Counted from the stretch's first letter, positions 47,253-57,115 are shown. The stretch is DNA of 64,000 nucleotides from Abditibacterium sp. (GCA_965246885.1 OZ251992.1:2720001-2784000), one strand, 5' to 3'. Numbers and translations: made by a program. The notes: a model not told the origin generated them from the letters alone.

Positions 47253-47306
47253 GATGGGTTCAAGTGTCTACTTTTTACTTTAGTCAGAGGGGTTAGTTCT
47301 CTCCTC

Positions 47307-47858
47307 TCACGTCACCTTCACGCGCTTCAAGCGTTCGCCGATGCGCTCTATCTGGGTTCGCACGGTCGCATCCAGCAGTTTGTCGCCCACCCGCACGCGG
47401 ACGCCGCCCAGCACTTCGGGGTCAACGCGCGCGCGCAGGCGGGCTTTGACGCCGAACTTTTGCAGGAGCGCGGCTTGCAGTTGGGCGACTTGCTCCGATG
47501 AAAGCGGGGTGGCCGACACAACTTCCGCGTCGGCCTCGCCCCGAAACTCGTCGGCCAACCGATTGAACTCGCGCACGATTTGCGGGAGCATGACGGCGCG
47601 GTTCTTTTCGACGACGAGAAAGAGGAACTTCTCGACATCGGGCCGAATTTGCGCGCCAAACACCTGACGGAGGATGCTCTTCTTCTTATCGAGTGTCAGA
47701 AGCGGATGGTGCATGACGCCCATCAGGTCGCGCGAATGGGCGGCCACATCCGCGACTTCGCCCAAGTTCTGCGCAACCGCTTCGACCACGCCGCGCTTCT
47801 GGGCCATGCCAAACAGGGCGGCGGCGTAGCGCCGCGCGACGGAAATATCGCCGTTCAT
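47307..47858 (-). CDS. atpH: ATP synthase F1 delta
   Basis: VARRYAAALF and VDPEVLGG..VRVGD..D motifs. Confidence 0.96.
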   Translation of the reverse strand: MNGDISVARRYAAALFGMAQKRGVVEAVAQNLGEVADVAAHSRDLMGVMHHPLLTLDKKKSILRQVFGAQIRPDVEKFLFLVVEKNRAVMLPQIVREFNRLADEFRGEADAEVVSATPLSSEQVAQLQAALLQKFGVKARLRARVDPEVLGGVRVRVGDKLLDATVRTQIERIGERLKRVKVT

Positions 47859-47861
47859 GAT

Positions 47862-48371
47862 TTAGTTCAGCGCCCCGATGCGTGCGATGGCGTCATCTAT
47901 CAACGCGGTTTGGCCGTTCGCGCTCACGTTTTGGCGGGCCGCTTGGGTGGCCATCATCGTCGCCAAGTCCACGATTTGGTTGCGCGACTCGGCGAGCGAT
48001 TTGGCGCGCTCCGCTTCCGCTTCGGCGTGTCCGCGCGCCACAATCGCGGCGGCGTCCTCGTGCGCGCGGGCCACCATTTGGTCGCGCGCGGCTTGAGCTT
48101 CGCGCACGGCGACTTGGATTTTGTCGCGCGCTTCGTCTTCGATGGCCGCTAACTTTTGCTCGTAGTCACGCTGAAGCGAAATCATGCGGTTGCGCGAGGC
48201 TTCGGCTTCGTCCAAGTCGCCGCGAATCTTGTCTTGACGCGCGTTAAGCGTGCCCACGAGCGGTTTGAACGCGAAGTTCATCAGCACGTACAGCAGAATG
48301 AGAAAGCCGACGAGCGAAACGAGGATAAAGCGCGGGTCAATGCCGAGCGTTTGGAGGATGGATGAAAGCAT
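47862..48371 (-). CDS. atpF: ATP synthase F0 subunit b
   Basis: N-terminal TM, FKPL...RQDKI, coiled coil and operon position. Confidence 0.95.
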   Translation of the reverse strand: MLSSILQTLGIDPRFILVSLVGFLILLYVLMNFAFKPLVGTLNARQDKIRGDLDEAEASRNRMISLQRDYEQKLAAIEDEARDKIQVAVREAQAARDQMVARAHEDAAAIVARGHAEAEAERAKSLAESRNQIVDLATMMATQAARQNVSANGQTALIDDAIARIGALN

Positions 48372-48400
48372 GTTTCTGGGTCGCGGGCGAGAAAGAGGCG

Positions 48401-48434
48401 GCGAAAAGCGCGGCGCCGGGGTCGCGCTTTTCGC
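48401..48434 (-). terminator. hairpin between atpE and atpF
   Basis: gcgaaaagcgcg/cgcgcttttcgc. May act as a partial terminator or mRNA stabiliser. Confidence 0.6.
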
Positions 48435-48446
48435 AGTTGTAGCCGC

Positions 48447-48719
48447 TTATTTGGTAGCGATGTGCGAAAGCACGTCGGCGGCAGCCGGGAGCTTGCCTTG
48501 CAAGATGAAAAACATGAGCAGCGCGTAAATGACGAGCGACTCGATGAGCGCCAAACCGATGATCATCGCGGTTTGGATGGTGCCCGCCGCTTCGGGTTGA
48601 CGGGCCATGCCCTGAACGGCGCCGTAGATGGCGATGCCCTGTCCCAGACCCGCGCCGATAACGGCGATAGGCAAACCGAGGCCAGTGGCGAGTGCGAGAT
48701 GTCCGAAATAATTTTCCAT
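48447..48719 (-). CDS. atpE: ATP synthase F0 subunit c
   Basis: GAGLGQG, ARQPEA and LIESLVIY motifs. Confidence 0.98.
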   Translation of the reverse strand: MENYFGHLALATGLGLPIAVIGAGLGQGIAIYGAVQGMARQPEAAGTIQTAMIIGLALIESLVIYALLMFFILQGKLPAAADVLSHIATK

Positions 48720-48803
48720 AGTGATGGTTCCTGTCTATAAGCCCAGCCCAAGGCCGGGATTTTAACGCGCACGAGGCGCGGTAAAAACAAAGTCTGTCCT
48801 CTC

Positions 48804-49901
48804 TTACCCTACAATCGCTTCAGCCGGATGGCCAACGAGGACGTGCTTGCCGTTCAAATCAGTCGCGTGCTCGGTCGAAGGATGACCGTGCCCGTCCTCG
48901 TGGTGCGTGGCGAAGATGGAGATGTAAATTGAAAGCAGCGTCGAGAAAACGAGCGCTTGCAAAAAGCCAAAGAAGGTTCCGAGGAACAGCATTGGCAGTT
49001 GAAACGGAATCGGCAACCACGCGGGCAAGAACGCGAGCGCCAAGCCCACCAGCGTCGCCACGACCGCTTCCTCACCGAACACGTTGCACAGCAAACGCAA
49101 GGAAAGCGAGAGCGGCTTGATGAGTTCGCCGACCAAGTGGAGCGGGAAGTTCAATGGCGCGAGCCAAAGCGGTTCACCCACGAAGTGCATGAACCACGAC
49201 TTAAGGCCAGTTTCCTTGATAGCGATGACGTGCACCGACACAAAAGCGACGATGGCAAGCGAAATCGGAATGGCCGGTTGCGCCGAAGCTGCGAGCATCC
49301 CCGGAATTAACCCAAGCCAGTTGGAAACGAGAATGGTAAAAAAGAAAGAGGCAATGAGCGGCGTGTATTTGCGGGCGAGGTCGTTGCCCATTACGCCAAT
49401 CAGATAGTCCTGAAAGGCCGCGACCGCCGCTTCGACCAAGTTCGCCGACGAAGCGGGCTTACCTTCGGGCCGAATCTTGGCTTTGCGCGCCGCCCCGACC
49501 AGAAGAAGCGCGAGCAAACCCCACAAAAGCGGCGTATAAAGCAGGAAGTCGTATTTGGCGACGTAGTGCGCTTCCTTGCCGGGAGCGGGGCTTTCGCCCG
49601 TGAGCCGGTCGGCTTTTTCCTGCTCCGATTCAAAGAGCGGCGCGATGAAGTGGCGCGCGGGATAGTTAAACCACGTGCCGTGTTCCGGCTCGAAAACAGG
49701 GCGCGGGCCTTCGGCTTTTTCGCTTGTTGCATGGCCACTCGCTTCGCCGCCACTTTCGGTCTCAGTCGCCGAAGCGACAGCGCCGCCGCTTTGCCCTTGC
49801 ACGGGCGCGGCGGAATTTTGCGCCCACACGCGCGGCGCGGTCAACGTCAGCATCGCCCACAATAGCGCGCCCAAAACTCCCGAACGAAAAAAGCGATTCA
49901 T
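48804..49901 (-). CDS. atpB: ATP synthase F0 subunit a with N-terminal signal-peptide-like extension
   Basis: SNWLGLIPG, PLSLSLRL..N and LQALVF motifs. Start MNRFFRSG follows the atpI stop. Confidence 0.93.
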   Translation of the reverse strand: MNRFFRSGVLGALLWAMLTLTAPRVWAQNSAAPVQGQSGGAVASATETESGGEASGHATSEKAEGPRPVFEPEHGTWFNYPARHFIAPLFESEQEKADRLTGESPAPGKEAHYVAKYDFLLYTPLLWGLLALLLVGAARKAKIRPEGKPASSANLVEAAVAAFQDYLIGVMGNDLARKYTPLIASFFFTILVSNWLGLIPGMLAASAQPAIPISLAIVAFVSVHVIAIKETGLKSWFMHFVGEPLWLAPLNFPLHLVGELIKPLSLSLRLLCNVFGEEAVVATLVGLALAFLPAWLPIPFQLPMLFLGTFFGFLQALVFSTLLSIYISIFATHHEDGHGHPSTEHATDLNGKHVLVGHPAEAIVG

Positions 49902-49903
49902 GT

Positions 49904-50389
49904 TTATTTGCGATTCAACGTGCGCCGAAGCAAAAGCCCCGCGACTTGGCACAGTAAAACTAACTGCCCTGCGAAAAAGCCTAAGCCGAACGGCGCCAGT
50001 TTGAGCCATCCAAGCGAATTGGCGGCCCACAAAGCGGCTCCGACCGCGATAAACTTGAGCGGCAAGAGCAAAACTACCAGTAGTTTTGCACCCAACCCGC
50101 CCGTTTCCGTCGCGGGCCTCAGGAGCGAGCGCACCGACGCTTCCTGCGCGCGTAGCAACAGCGCCGCCAATCCCATACCCGCCGCGAACGACCCAGTGGC
50201 CACCAACGTGCCGAAGCCAAACCCCGCTATCACCGTCATGAGCAGGCCAAACAAGAACATCGCCCGATACACGCGGCGCAAAAAAGCGGCGTCGAAAGGC
50301 GAGGCCGCCCTTGGCGCCGGAATATAGGTATTTGGTTTTTCCTCGCCCACCGTCTGACCAAAAAGCGGGGGCGGAACTAAGGTTTTCAT
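49904..50389 (-). CDS. atpI: ATP synthase protein I-like (4 TM)
   Basis: Hydrophobic 4-TM protein immediately upstream of atpB. Confidence 0.75.
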   Translation of the reverse strand: MKTLVPPPLFGQTVGEEKPNTYIPAPRAASPFDAAFLRRVYRAMFLFGLLMTVIAGFGFGTLVATGSFAAGMGLAALLLRAQEASVRSLLRPATETGGLGAKLLVVLLLPLKFIAVGAALWAANSLGWLKLAPFGLGFFAGQLVLLCQVAGLLLRRTLNRK

Positions 50390-50880
50390 TTGTCTTTCGC
50401 GTCACCGTCCCCTTCTTCGAGCAAGCGTTTCAGAATCTCTTCGGTGCTTTCCCCGCTCTGCGCGCTCTTGGGCGGTGCCCCCGACTCCTCGAAAGGCGGC
50501 GGCGGCACTTGGAAGATGCGCTCGCGCTTGGGCAGCGGCGCCTGCTCCTCCAAAGAGGAAGGCGCCGGAGCGAGCGGCGTGGACGCGATCTTCTCTTTGC
50601 GGCGTTGCTCCTCGCCTTTTTGCACTCGCTGCAACACCACCCACATTTCCCGGAACCCCGCCCCGACGCCCACCAAAAAGAGGAGGGGCAACCAGTAGCT
50701 CGTTTTAAAGTGCGAGTCGAGCAAAAAGCCCGCGCCCGCGCCCGCCGCGATGCAACCGACGAGGGTGAAACCGACCGTATACGCTTCCCAGCCGCTCGAC
50801 CCCATCGCTTGGGTTCGCACCAGAAACGGCAGTTTCGATGGCTTGGGGTCGCGCTTTTCGGAATTGTCGTCGGACGGCAT
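50386..50880 (-). CDS. atpZ: AtpZ/AtpI family protein
   Basis: GFTLVGCI..G..AGFLLD.HF.T..W...LF.VG..AGF pattern. First gene of the atp operon. Confidence 0.8.
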   Translation of the reverse strand: MPSDDNSEKRDPKPSKLPFLVRTQAMGSSGWEAYTVGFTLVGCIAAGAGAGFLLDSHFKTSYWLPLLFLVGVGAGFREMWVVLQRVQKGEEQRRKEKIASTPLAPAPSSLEEQAPLPKRERIFQVPPPPFEESGAPPKSAQSGESTEEILKRLLEEGDGDAKDK

Positions 50881-51035
50881 CGCAGGGTATCGGGAAAATC
50901 GCCATTTATTTTGCCCGTGTCTGCCTCTCAGGTCAAGGCAAAAGCGCCCAAAAACCGGAGTTATAAAGAGAACCCGCGTAGTGCGGCCCGCTTTCGGCGC
51001 CCTTCGCGGGTGGAAAGCGGAGCGCCGTTCCCCAT

Positions 51036-51203
51036 CCGCCGAGTCGCGGCGAGGAAAAAATTAACCGTGCCGCCCGGCCGCCGAGTCGCGGCGAGGAAAA
51101 AATTAACCGCGCCACCGAGTGACCGGGTTGATTCTTTCGGTCGCCCATGCGCGCCGACGAAAGAATTAACCCGGCGGACGGTTCGCCCACGTACGCCGGC
51201 CAC
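51036..51203. repeat. degenerate 21/42-bp-period tandem array 5
   Basis: ccgccgagtcgcggcgaggaaaaaattaaccg at 51036 and 51078. AATT cores at 51059, 51101 and 51164 are spaced by multiples of 21. Confidence 0.85.
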
Positions 51204-51242
51204 TAACTGGGGCGCGTTTTCGGCTAAACCAAGGGGGTGGAA

Positions 51243-52142
51243 ATGCTCGCTCCTCCCCGCTTTGACCCGTTTCCCGACCGCGCCGCCGCCCTCAAGGAAG
51301 CGCGCGCCATTTTGCGGCATCACGGCAAGTCGTATTACTTTTCGACGCTGCTCTTTCCGCGCGCCCTCCAAGAAGCGACCTGCGCCGTGTACGCGTTCGT
51401 GCGCTTGCCCGACGAAATCGTGGACAACTCGCCCCAAACCACGCCCGAAGACATCGAAGCGATCAAAGTCAAAATCAACGGCTTTCGGGAACAGTGGCTC
51501 CGCGCCTACCAGACCGGCCAAAGCGAGTCGGGCGTGCTGCGCTTGGCCGCGCAAACGTGGCACGACTACAAAATCCCCTTTGAATACTCGCTGTCGTTTC
51601 TGGAAGCGATGGTGCAGGACACGTGGAAGACCGATTACGCCGACTACGCGGATTTGGAAGGTTATATGTACGGCTCGGCGGCGGTCATTGGCCTGATGAT
51701 GAGCCATTTGGTTGGCTTCCGCGACGCCGGAACGCTGGAGCACGCCAAGGCGCTGGGCAACGCCATGCAGCTAACAAACTTCCTGCGCGACATAGACGAA
51801 GACTTTCAAACGCGCGGACGGGTCTATTTGCCGGAAGACGAGCTATCGCACTTCAATCTGAGCCGTGACGACATCGCCGCGCGCCGTTTTTCGGACGATT
51901 TCCGCGAGTTCATGCGCTTCCAAGTGGCGCGCACTGACGCGATGTATGAGTTCGCCAACGGGGGCATCAACCAACTCGCGCCCGAAGGCCGCTTTGCCGT
52001 CGCAATGGCCTCGACCCTTTACCGCGCCATCCTGCGCAAGTTGGAAGCGCAAGACCTCAACCCCTTCGCCCGCCGCGCCTCCACTTCCCTGCCCCACAAA
52101 CTCGTTTTAATGCGCCCCGCCTTTAGGCTCAGCCGTCAGTAA
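51243..52142 (+). CDS. crtB: phytoene synthase
   Basis: KSYYF, YAFVR.PDEIVD, Y.YGSAA.IG and QLTNFLRDIDED..RGRVYLP motifs. Confidence 0.93.
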   Translation: MLAPPRFDPFPDRAAALKEARAILRHHGKSYYFSTLLFPRALQEATCAVYAFVRLPDEIVDNSPQTTPEDIEAIKVKINGFREQWLRAYQTGQSESGVLRLAAQTWHDYKIPFEYSLSFLEAMVQDTWKTDYADYADLEGYMYGSAAVIGLMMSHLVGFRDAGTLEHAKALGNAMQLTNFLRDIDEDFQTRGRVYLPEDELSHFNLSRDDIAARRFSDDFREFMRFQVARTDAMYEFANGGINQLAPEGRFAVAMASTLYRAILRKLEAQDLNPFARRASTSLPHKLVLMRPAFRLSRQ

Positions 52143-52366
52143 CCCATCTCTCCTGTTAAAGCGATTCTCGAAGCGACCGAGCAACTTGCGCGGCGCCCTC
52201 ACTGTCCTCGGTCTTCGCCCGCCTCGTTCAAGATTGAGCGTTCCTTCCCGCTTTCGTCAAGGAGTTTTTTCATTTGTACGGGAGGTATGTTATTTGCGGC
52301 CATTCCCGTTGTAGTAGGGAGCAAGCGCGGGAATCAGTTCTCGACGCGCCTCCCAAGGGAAACCAT

Positions 52367-52966
52367 ATGAACACCAACAAATCACGCCGCATCCTGTCGT
52401 TGCTGGCCATCTTGAGCGCGTCGGGCGCTCTCGTCTTGTCCACCCCCACCGTCGCGCACGCCAAACACCGGCACGGGGGAATGGGTGGCACCGTCGAAGT
52501 GGGCGGCGCCGCGATGTATCCCACCAAGAACATCATCGAGAACGCGGTCAACTCCAAAGATCACACCACCCTCGTCGCTGCTGTCAAGGCCGCCGATTTG
52601 GTGGACACGCTGTCTGGCCCCGGCCCTTTCACCGTCCTCGCGCCGACCAACGAAGCGTTCGCCAAGTTGCCTGCCGGAACAGTTGACACCCTCGTCAAGC
52701 CCGAAAACAAGGCGACGCTGACCTCGATTTTGACATACCACGTCATCGCGGGCAACTACAGCGCGCACGATATTCGCAAGCTCATCAAAGACGGCAAGGG
52801 TTCCGCGCAACTCAAGACCGTGCAAGGCGAAACCCTCACCTTCACCAAAAAGAAGAAGAAAATCATCGTTACCGATGCCAAGGGCGGCAAGTCCACCATC
52901 ACCATCGCCGACGTCAATCAGTCGAACGGCGTCATCCACGTGGTGGACACCGTGTTGATGCCGTAA
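52367..52966 (+). CDS. fasciclin domain protein
   Basis: Signal peptide, GPFTVLAPTNEAF, ILTYHV and SNGVIHVVDTVL. Confidence 0.95.
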   Translation: MNTNKSRRILSLLAILSASGALVLSTPTVAHAKHRHGGMGGTVEVGGAAMYPTKNIIENAVNSKDHTTLVAAVKAADLVDTLSGPGPFTVLAPTNEAFAKLPAGTVDTLVKPENKATLTSILTYHVIAGNYSAHDIRKLIKDGKGSAQLKTVQGETLTFTKKKKKIIVTDAKGGKSTITIADVNQSNGVIHVVDTVLMP

Positions 52967-52989
52967 GCGGAAGCGCGCTCCGCCCTTGC

Positions 52990-53018
52990 AAAGCCCGACG
53001 CCTTCGCGTCGGGCTTTT
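52990..53018 (+). terminator. intrinsic terminator
   Basis: aaagcccgacgc-cttc-gcgtcgggctttt. Confidence 0.8.
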
Positions 53019-53104
53019 GCCTTTTGCAAATGGGTAATGCGCTATGATTGCATTTTGTCTTTCTCGCCGCTTTGCGCGCACCCGCGCGTCAGGAAACTCC
53101 TCAC

Positions 53105-54625
53105 ATGGAAAAAATCATCGTCATCGGCGGCGGCATTGGCGGACTCGCGTTCGCTAACCTCGCGGCTAAACGCGGTCACGCGGTCACGGTCATCGAAAAA
53201 AACGACCGTTTAGGCGGCGTCGCCAACTGGTTCGAGGCGCCAACGGAAGTGGGCACTTTTCGCTTTGACATGGGGCCGTCGTGGTATCTGATGCCCGACG
53301 TGTTCCAAAGCTACTTCGACCTGTTGGATGAGCGCGTCGAAGACCACCTCGATTTGGTGCGGCTCGACCCGTCGTATCGCATCTTCTTTCAGGGGCGCGA
53401 GCGCTCGATAGATTTCTACTCCGACATCGCGCGCGACGCGCCCACCTTTGAGTCTCTGGAGCCGGGTTCGACACCGGTGCTGGAGAACTATCTGGAAAAG
53501 TCGAAGTATCAATACGAGATAGCGATTCGCGGCTTTATGTATAAAAACAACGACACGGTCTTTGACTTCCTCAACAAGCAGGTCGCGGTCGAGGGGCGCG
53601 AGTTGGAAGTGTTCTCCAAAATGAGCGATTATGTGAACAAGCACTTCAAGACGGACGAAGTGCAGAAGGTGATGCAGTATTCGCTCGTCTTCCTCGGCTC
53701 GTCGCCGTATAACACGCCCGCGCTGTATAACATCATGAGCCACATTGACTTTAACATGGGCGTGTTCTATCCGCAGGGCGGCATCCACGAGATACCCAAG
53801 ACGCTCGTCAAGATAGGCGCGAAGCTGGGCGTGGAGTACCGGACGCGCACGTCGGTAGCGTCTATTCAGACCAAGCGGGGGCCGAGTGTGAAGGGTGTCG
53901 TGTTGGAATCGGGAGAGGAGTTGGAAGCCGACATCATCGTCTCGAACGCCGGGATAGCGCACACGGAGTCGCTGCTTCCGAAGCCGTACCGCGACCACTC
54001 GCAGAAGTATTGGGACGGGCGCACCTTGGCGCCTTCGGCGCTCATTATGTATCTTGGCTTGGACGAGAAGGTGCCTTCGCTCACGCATCACAACCTGCTC
54101 TTTTCGACTGATTGGAAGAAGAACTTCGCCGAGATTTTCGACGCCCCGCAGTGGCCGTCCGAGCCGTCGCTGTATATCTGCGTGCCCTCGAAGACCGACC
54201 CCAACGTGGCGCCCGAAGGCTGCGAGAACCTTTTTGTGCTCGTCCCCATCGCGGCGCGCACGCAGTACACGCCGGAGGAGTTGGAAGTGCAGGCCGACCG
54301 GATGCTGCGCATCATCGAAGAGCAGATGAACTGTCCCGGCCTGCGCGACAAGATTGTTTACAAGAAACTGTTCTGCGTGAAGGACTTCGCCGCGAAATAT
54401 AACAAGCAGGGCGGCACGGCGCTGGGCTTGGCGCACACCATGAACCAAACCGCCATCCTGCGCCCCAACAACCGCTCGAAAAAGGTGGAGAACCTGCTGT
54501 ATGTGGGGGGCGACACCAACCCCGGCATCGGGATGCCGATTCAACTCATTTCGGCGGAATTGGCCCTGAAGCGCATCATCGGCGACCGGTCGTCGGGGCA
54601 CTTGGCGACGGTGGCGGCGAATTAA
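53105..54625 (+). CDS. crtI: phytoene desaturase
   Basis: IGGGIGGL, FDMGPSW, YPQGG, HHNL, LAHT..QT..LRP.N and PGIGMP motifs. Confidence 0.92.
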   Translation: MEKIIVIGGGIGGLAFANLAAKRGHAVTVIEKNDRLGGVANWFEAPTEVGTFRFDMGPSWYLMPDVFQSYFDLLDERVEDHLDLVRLDPSYRIFFQGRERSIDFYSDIARDAPTFESLEPGSTPVLENYLEKSKYQYEIAIRGFMYKNNDTVFDFLNKQVAVEGRELEVFSKMSDYVNKHFKTDEVQKVMQYSLVFLGSSPYNTPALYNIMSHIDFNMGVFYPQGGIHEIPKTLVKIGAKLGVEYRTRTSVASIQTKRGPSVKGVVLESGEELEADIIVSNAGIAHTESLLPKPYRDHSQKYWDGRTLAPSALIMYLGLDEKVPSLTHHNLLFSTDWKKNFAEIFDAPQWPSEPSLYICVPSKTDPNVAPEGCENLFVLVPIAARTQYTPEELEVQADRMLRIIEEQMNCPGLRDKIVYKKLFCVKDFAAKYNKQGGTALGLAHTMNQTAILRPNNRSKKVENLLYVGGDTNPGIGMPIQLISAELALKRIIGDRSSGHLATVAAN

Positions 54626-54692
54626 AAGCTGACTTGAGTCGCCGGGCACAAAGGCTAAACTGCGCGCACCGCCCCGCGCGGTGTTCCTTCTC

Positions 54693-56009
54693 GTGAAACG
54701 CTTTCTTCTAACATCGGCGCCGCTCGTGGCGGCGTTTTTAGCGGGTTGTCCCGCGTCGCCGCCCGTTAATCAAACAGCTTCGACTAACTCCGCGTCCCCC
54801 CCCTCGACGACTGGGGGCAACGCCGCCAAAGTCGTGACTGTTATCTCGCCGCACAACAACGAGATTCAAGAGGAGTTTGGGAGCGCGTGGGACAAAGCGC
54901 ACCCCGACATGCCCGTCAAGTGGATCAACCAAGGCGGCACGCCGCAAGATTTGCTGTTCGTCACGCAGGGCTTCAAAGGCCGCTCCAAAGCGCAAGGCGT
55001 CGGGGTGGATGTCTTCTTTGGCGGGGGAGGCGAAACGTTCACCGAACTGCAAAAGGGCGGCATGCTCGCGCCCTTCGCGGGCAAGTCGGACGTGCCCACC
55101 GAACTTAACAAGGTGCCGCTACGCGCCAAGGATGGCACTTGGGTCGCGGCGGCGCTGTCGGGGTTCGGGATGCTGTATAACAAGCAGATCGCCGCGCGCG
55201 ATGGCTTGCCCATCCCGAAGACGTGGGCCGACTTGGGCAACCCCAAGTTGCAAGACCGCATCGAACTGGCAGACCCGCGCCATTCCGGGTCGGCGCACGC
55301 GGTGTATGAAATCATCCTGCAAACCAACGGCTGGGACAAAGGCTGGAGAATCCTGACGGCAATGGCGGGCAACTCGCGGCGCTGGATGACTTCCTCCAGC
55401 GAGCCGCTTCAAGATGTCGGCAACGGCGAAGCCGTCTTTTGCACCGCCATTGACTTCTACGCCACCAACGCCATCCACAAAGCCGGGGCCGAAAAGCTCG
55501 GCTACATTCAACCGACCGGGCAGAACCTCATCACGCCCGACCCCATCGCCGTGCTACAAGGCGCCCCCAACGCCAAGGGCGCGCAAGCGTTCATGGAGTG
55601 GGTCTTGTCGCCCGCCGCGCAAAAGCTGTGGAGCGCCAAAGTTGGCACCCCCGGCGGCCCGCTCAAGTCCACCCTATCGCGCCTGCCCGCCTTGCCCGCC
55701 GCGTATGGCGACCCAAACGCCTTTACCGACGCCAATCCCTACAAGGAAAAAGTGACCGCCACCTACGATTCGGACAAAGCCGCGCGCCGCCACAAAGCCT
55801 TGGACGAACTTATCGGCGCCGCGCTCGTGGACAACGCCGACGCCGTCGTCGCCAAGTGGAAGCAAAGCCCCACCCCCGACGCAAGCGGCTACGTCCCCTT
55901 GCCCGAAAAGGAGTTCGACGCCCTCGCCGACAAATGGGGCGACGCCGCCAAAGACAACGTCACCAAGCAAGCGTGGAGCGCGAACGCGGCGAAGTTCTTT
56001 GGGGCGTAG
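54693..56009 (+). CDS. ABC transporter substrate-binding lipoprotein (Fe3+/thiamine/AfuA-like)
   Basis: Lipobox LAG-C, DVFFGGG, PKTWADL and ADPRHSGS. Alternative start at 54681. Confidence 0.85.
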   Translation: MKRFLLTSAPLVAAFLAGCPASPPVNQTASTNSASPPSTTGGNAAKVVTVISPHNNEIQEEFGSAWDKAHPDMPVKWINQGGTPQDLLFVTQGFKGRSKAQGVGVDVFFGGGGETFTELQKGGMLAPFAGKSDVPTELNKVPLRAKDGTWVAAALSGFGMLYNKQIAARDGLPIPKTWADLGNPKLQDRIELADPRHSGSAHAVYEIILQTNGWDKGWRILTAMAGNSRRWMTSSSEPLQDVGNGEAVFCTAIDFYATNAIHKAGAEKLGYIQPTGQNLITPDPIAVLQGAPNAKGAQAFMEWVLSPAAQKLWSAKVGTPGGPLKSTLSRLPALPAAYGDPNAFTDANPYKEKVTATYDSDKAARRHKALDELIGAALVDNADAVVAKWKQSPTPDASGYVPLPEKEFDALADKWGDAAKDNVTKQAWSANAAKFFGA

Positions 56010-56014
56010 TTTCT

Positions 56015-57115
56015 ATGCTCTCCCTTTCCTTCCAGAACATCTCCAAGCGCTTCGACAAGACGGTGGTCATCCGCGACCTGTCGTTTGACATCCGCGCGGG
56101 CGAACTGTTCTTTCTGCTTGGCCCGTCGGGGTGCGGCAAAACGACGTGCTTGCGGATGGTCGCCGGGTTCTACAAGCCCGACGGCGGGGAGTTGCGCTTT
56201 GGCGAGCGCGTCATCAACGCCGTGCCGCCGCACAAGCGCAACACCGGCATGGTCTTCCAAAACTACGCGCTGTGGCCGCACTTGAGCGTGCGCGGCAACG
56301 TCGAATACGGCTTAAAAGTGCGCCGCGTGCCCAATCCGGAGCGCAAGCGGCGCGTGGACGAGGCGCTCGAAATGGTGCGCTTGAGCCAACTGGCCGACCG
56401 CTTTCCGTCGCAAATGTCGGGTGGGCAACAGCAGCGTGTGGCGCTCGCTCGCGCGCTCGTGGTGCGGCCCGACGTGCTCTTGTTGGACGAGCCATTGTCC
56501 AACCTCGACGCGCAGCTACGCCTCGAAATGCGCGCCGAAATCAAGCGCTTGCACCGCGAACAACAAACGACGGCGCTTTATGTCACGCACGACCAAGAGG
56601 AAGCTCTAAGCATCGCTGACCGCGTGGCGATTCTCAAAGACGGCGACTTGATGCAAATCGGCGCACCGCGCGAACTGTATCGCGCGCCGCGCTCGCGCTT
56701 TGTGGCGGAGTTCATCGGCGAAACCAACTTCCTACCGGGCCAAATCCGCGCCGTCTCCGCCGATGCGCTCGTCGTCGAAACGCCCGTTGGCCCCATCCGC
56801 GCCGCCAAACCGGTGGGCGCTTGGCAGGAGGGACAAACCATCTGGTGTTCGATTCGCCCCGAATCGTGGCGCATCTTGGCCGAAGGGCAGAATACGCCCA
56901 ACGAGTTCCGCGCGACACTACGCGACGCGATGTATTTGGGCCAAGCCGAGCAACTGTCGCTCCTGTTAACCGGCGGGCGCGAAGGCGTCGGGGCAGACGA
57001 AGCGTGGCGCACCCTCAAAGTAGCCGTTGCCAACCCCGACGCGCGCCCGCCCGCTATTGGCGGGACTGTGCGCGTCGGCGTGGATGTCGAAGATGTCGTG
57101 GTGTTGGCGGACTAA
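56015..57115 (+). CDS. ABC transporter ATP-binding protein (PotA/FbpC-like)
   Basis: GPSGCGKT, MSGGQQQR, LLDEP and VTHDQEEA motifs with a TOBE-like C-terminus. Confidence 0.95.
   Translation: MLSLSFQNISKRFDKTVVIRDLSFDIRAGELFFLLGPSGCGKTTCLRMVAGFYKPDGGELRFGERVINAVPPHKRNTGMVFQNYALWPHLSVRGNVEYGLKVRRVPNPERKRRVDEALEMVRLSQLADRFPSQMSGGQQQRVALARALVVRPDVLLLDEPLSNLDAQLRLEMRAEIKRLHREQQTTALYVTHDQEEALSIADRVAILKDGDLMQIGAPRELYRAPRSRFVAEFIGETNFLPGQIRAVSADALVVETPVGPIRAAKPVGAWQEGQTIWCSIRPESWRILAEGQNTPNEFRATLRDAMYLGQAEQLSLLLTGGREGVGADEAWRTLKVAVANPDARPPAIGGTVRVGVDVEDVVVLAD

Noticed and set aside
48804..50405. 533-aa AtpB with a fused N-terminal domain
   Set aside because: The upstream part overlaps the atpI-like gene in another frame, so the start at 49901 fits better.
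51243..54625. Fasciclin gene between crtB and crtI
   Set aside because: Fasciclin genes are often near carotenoid or stress genes, so this is not clearly novel.
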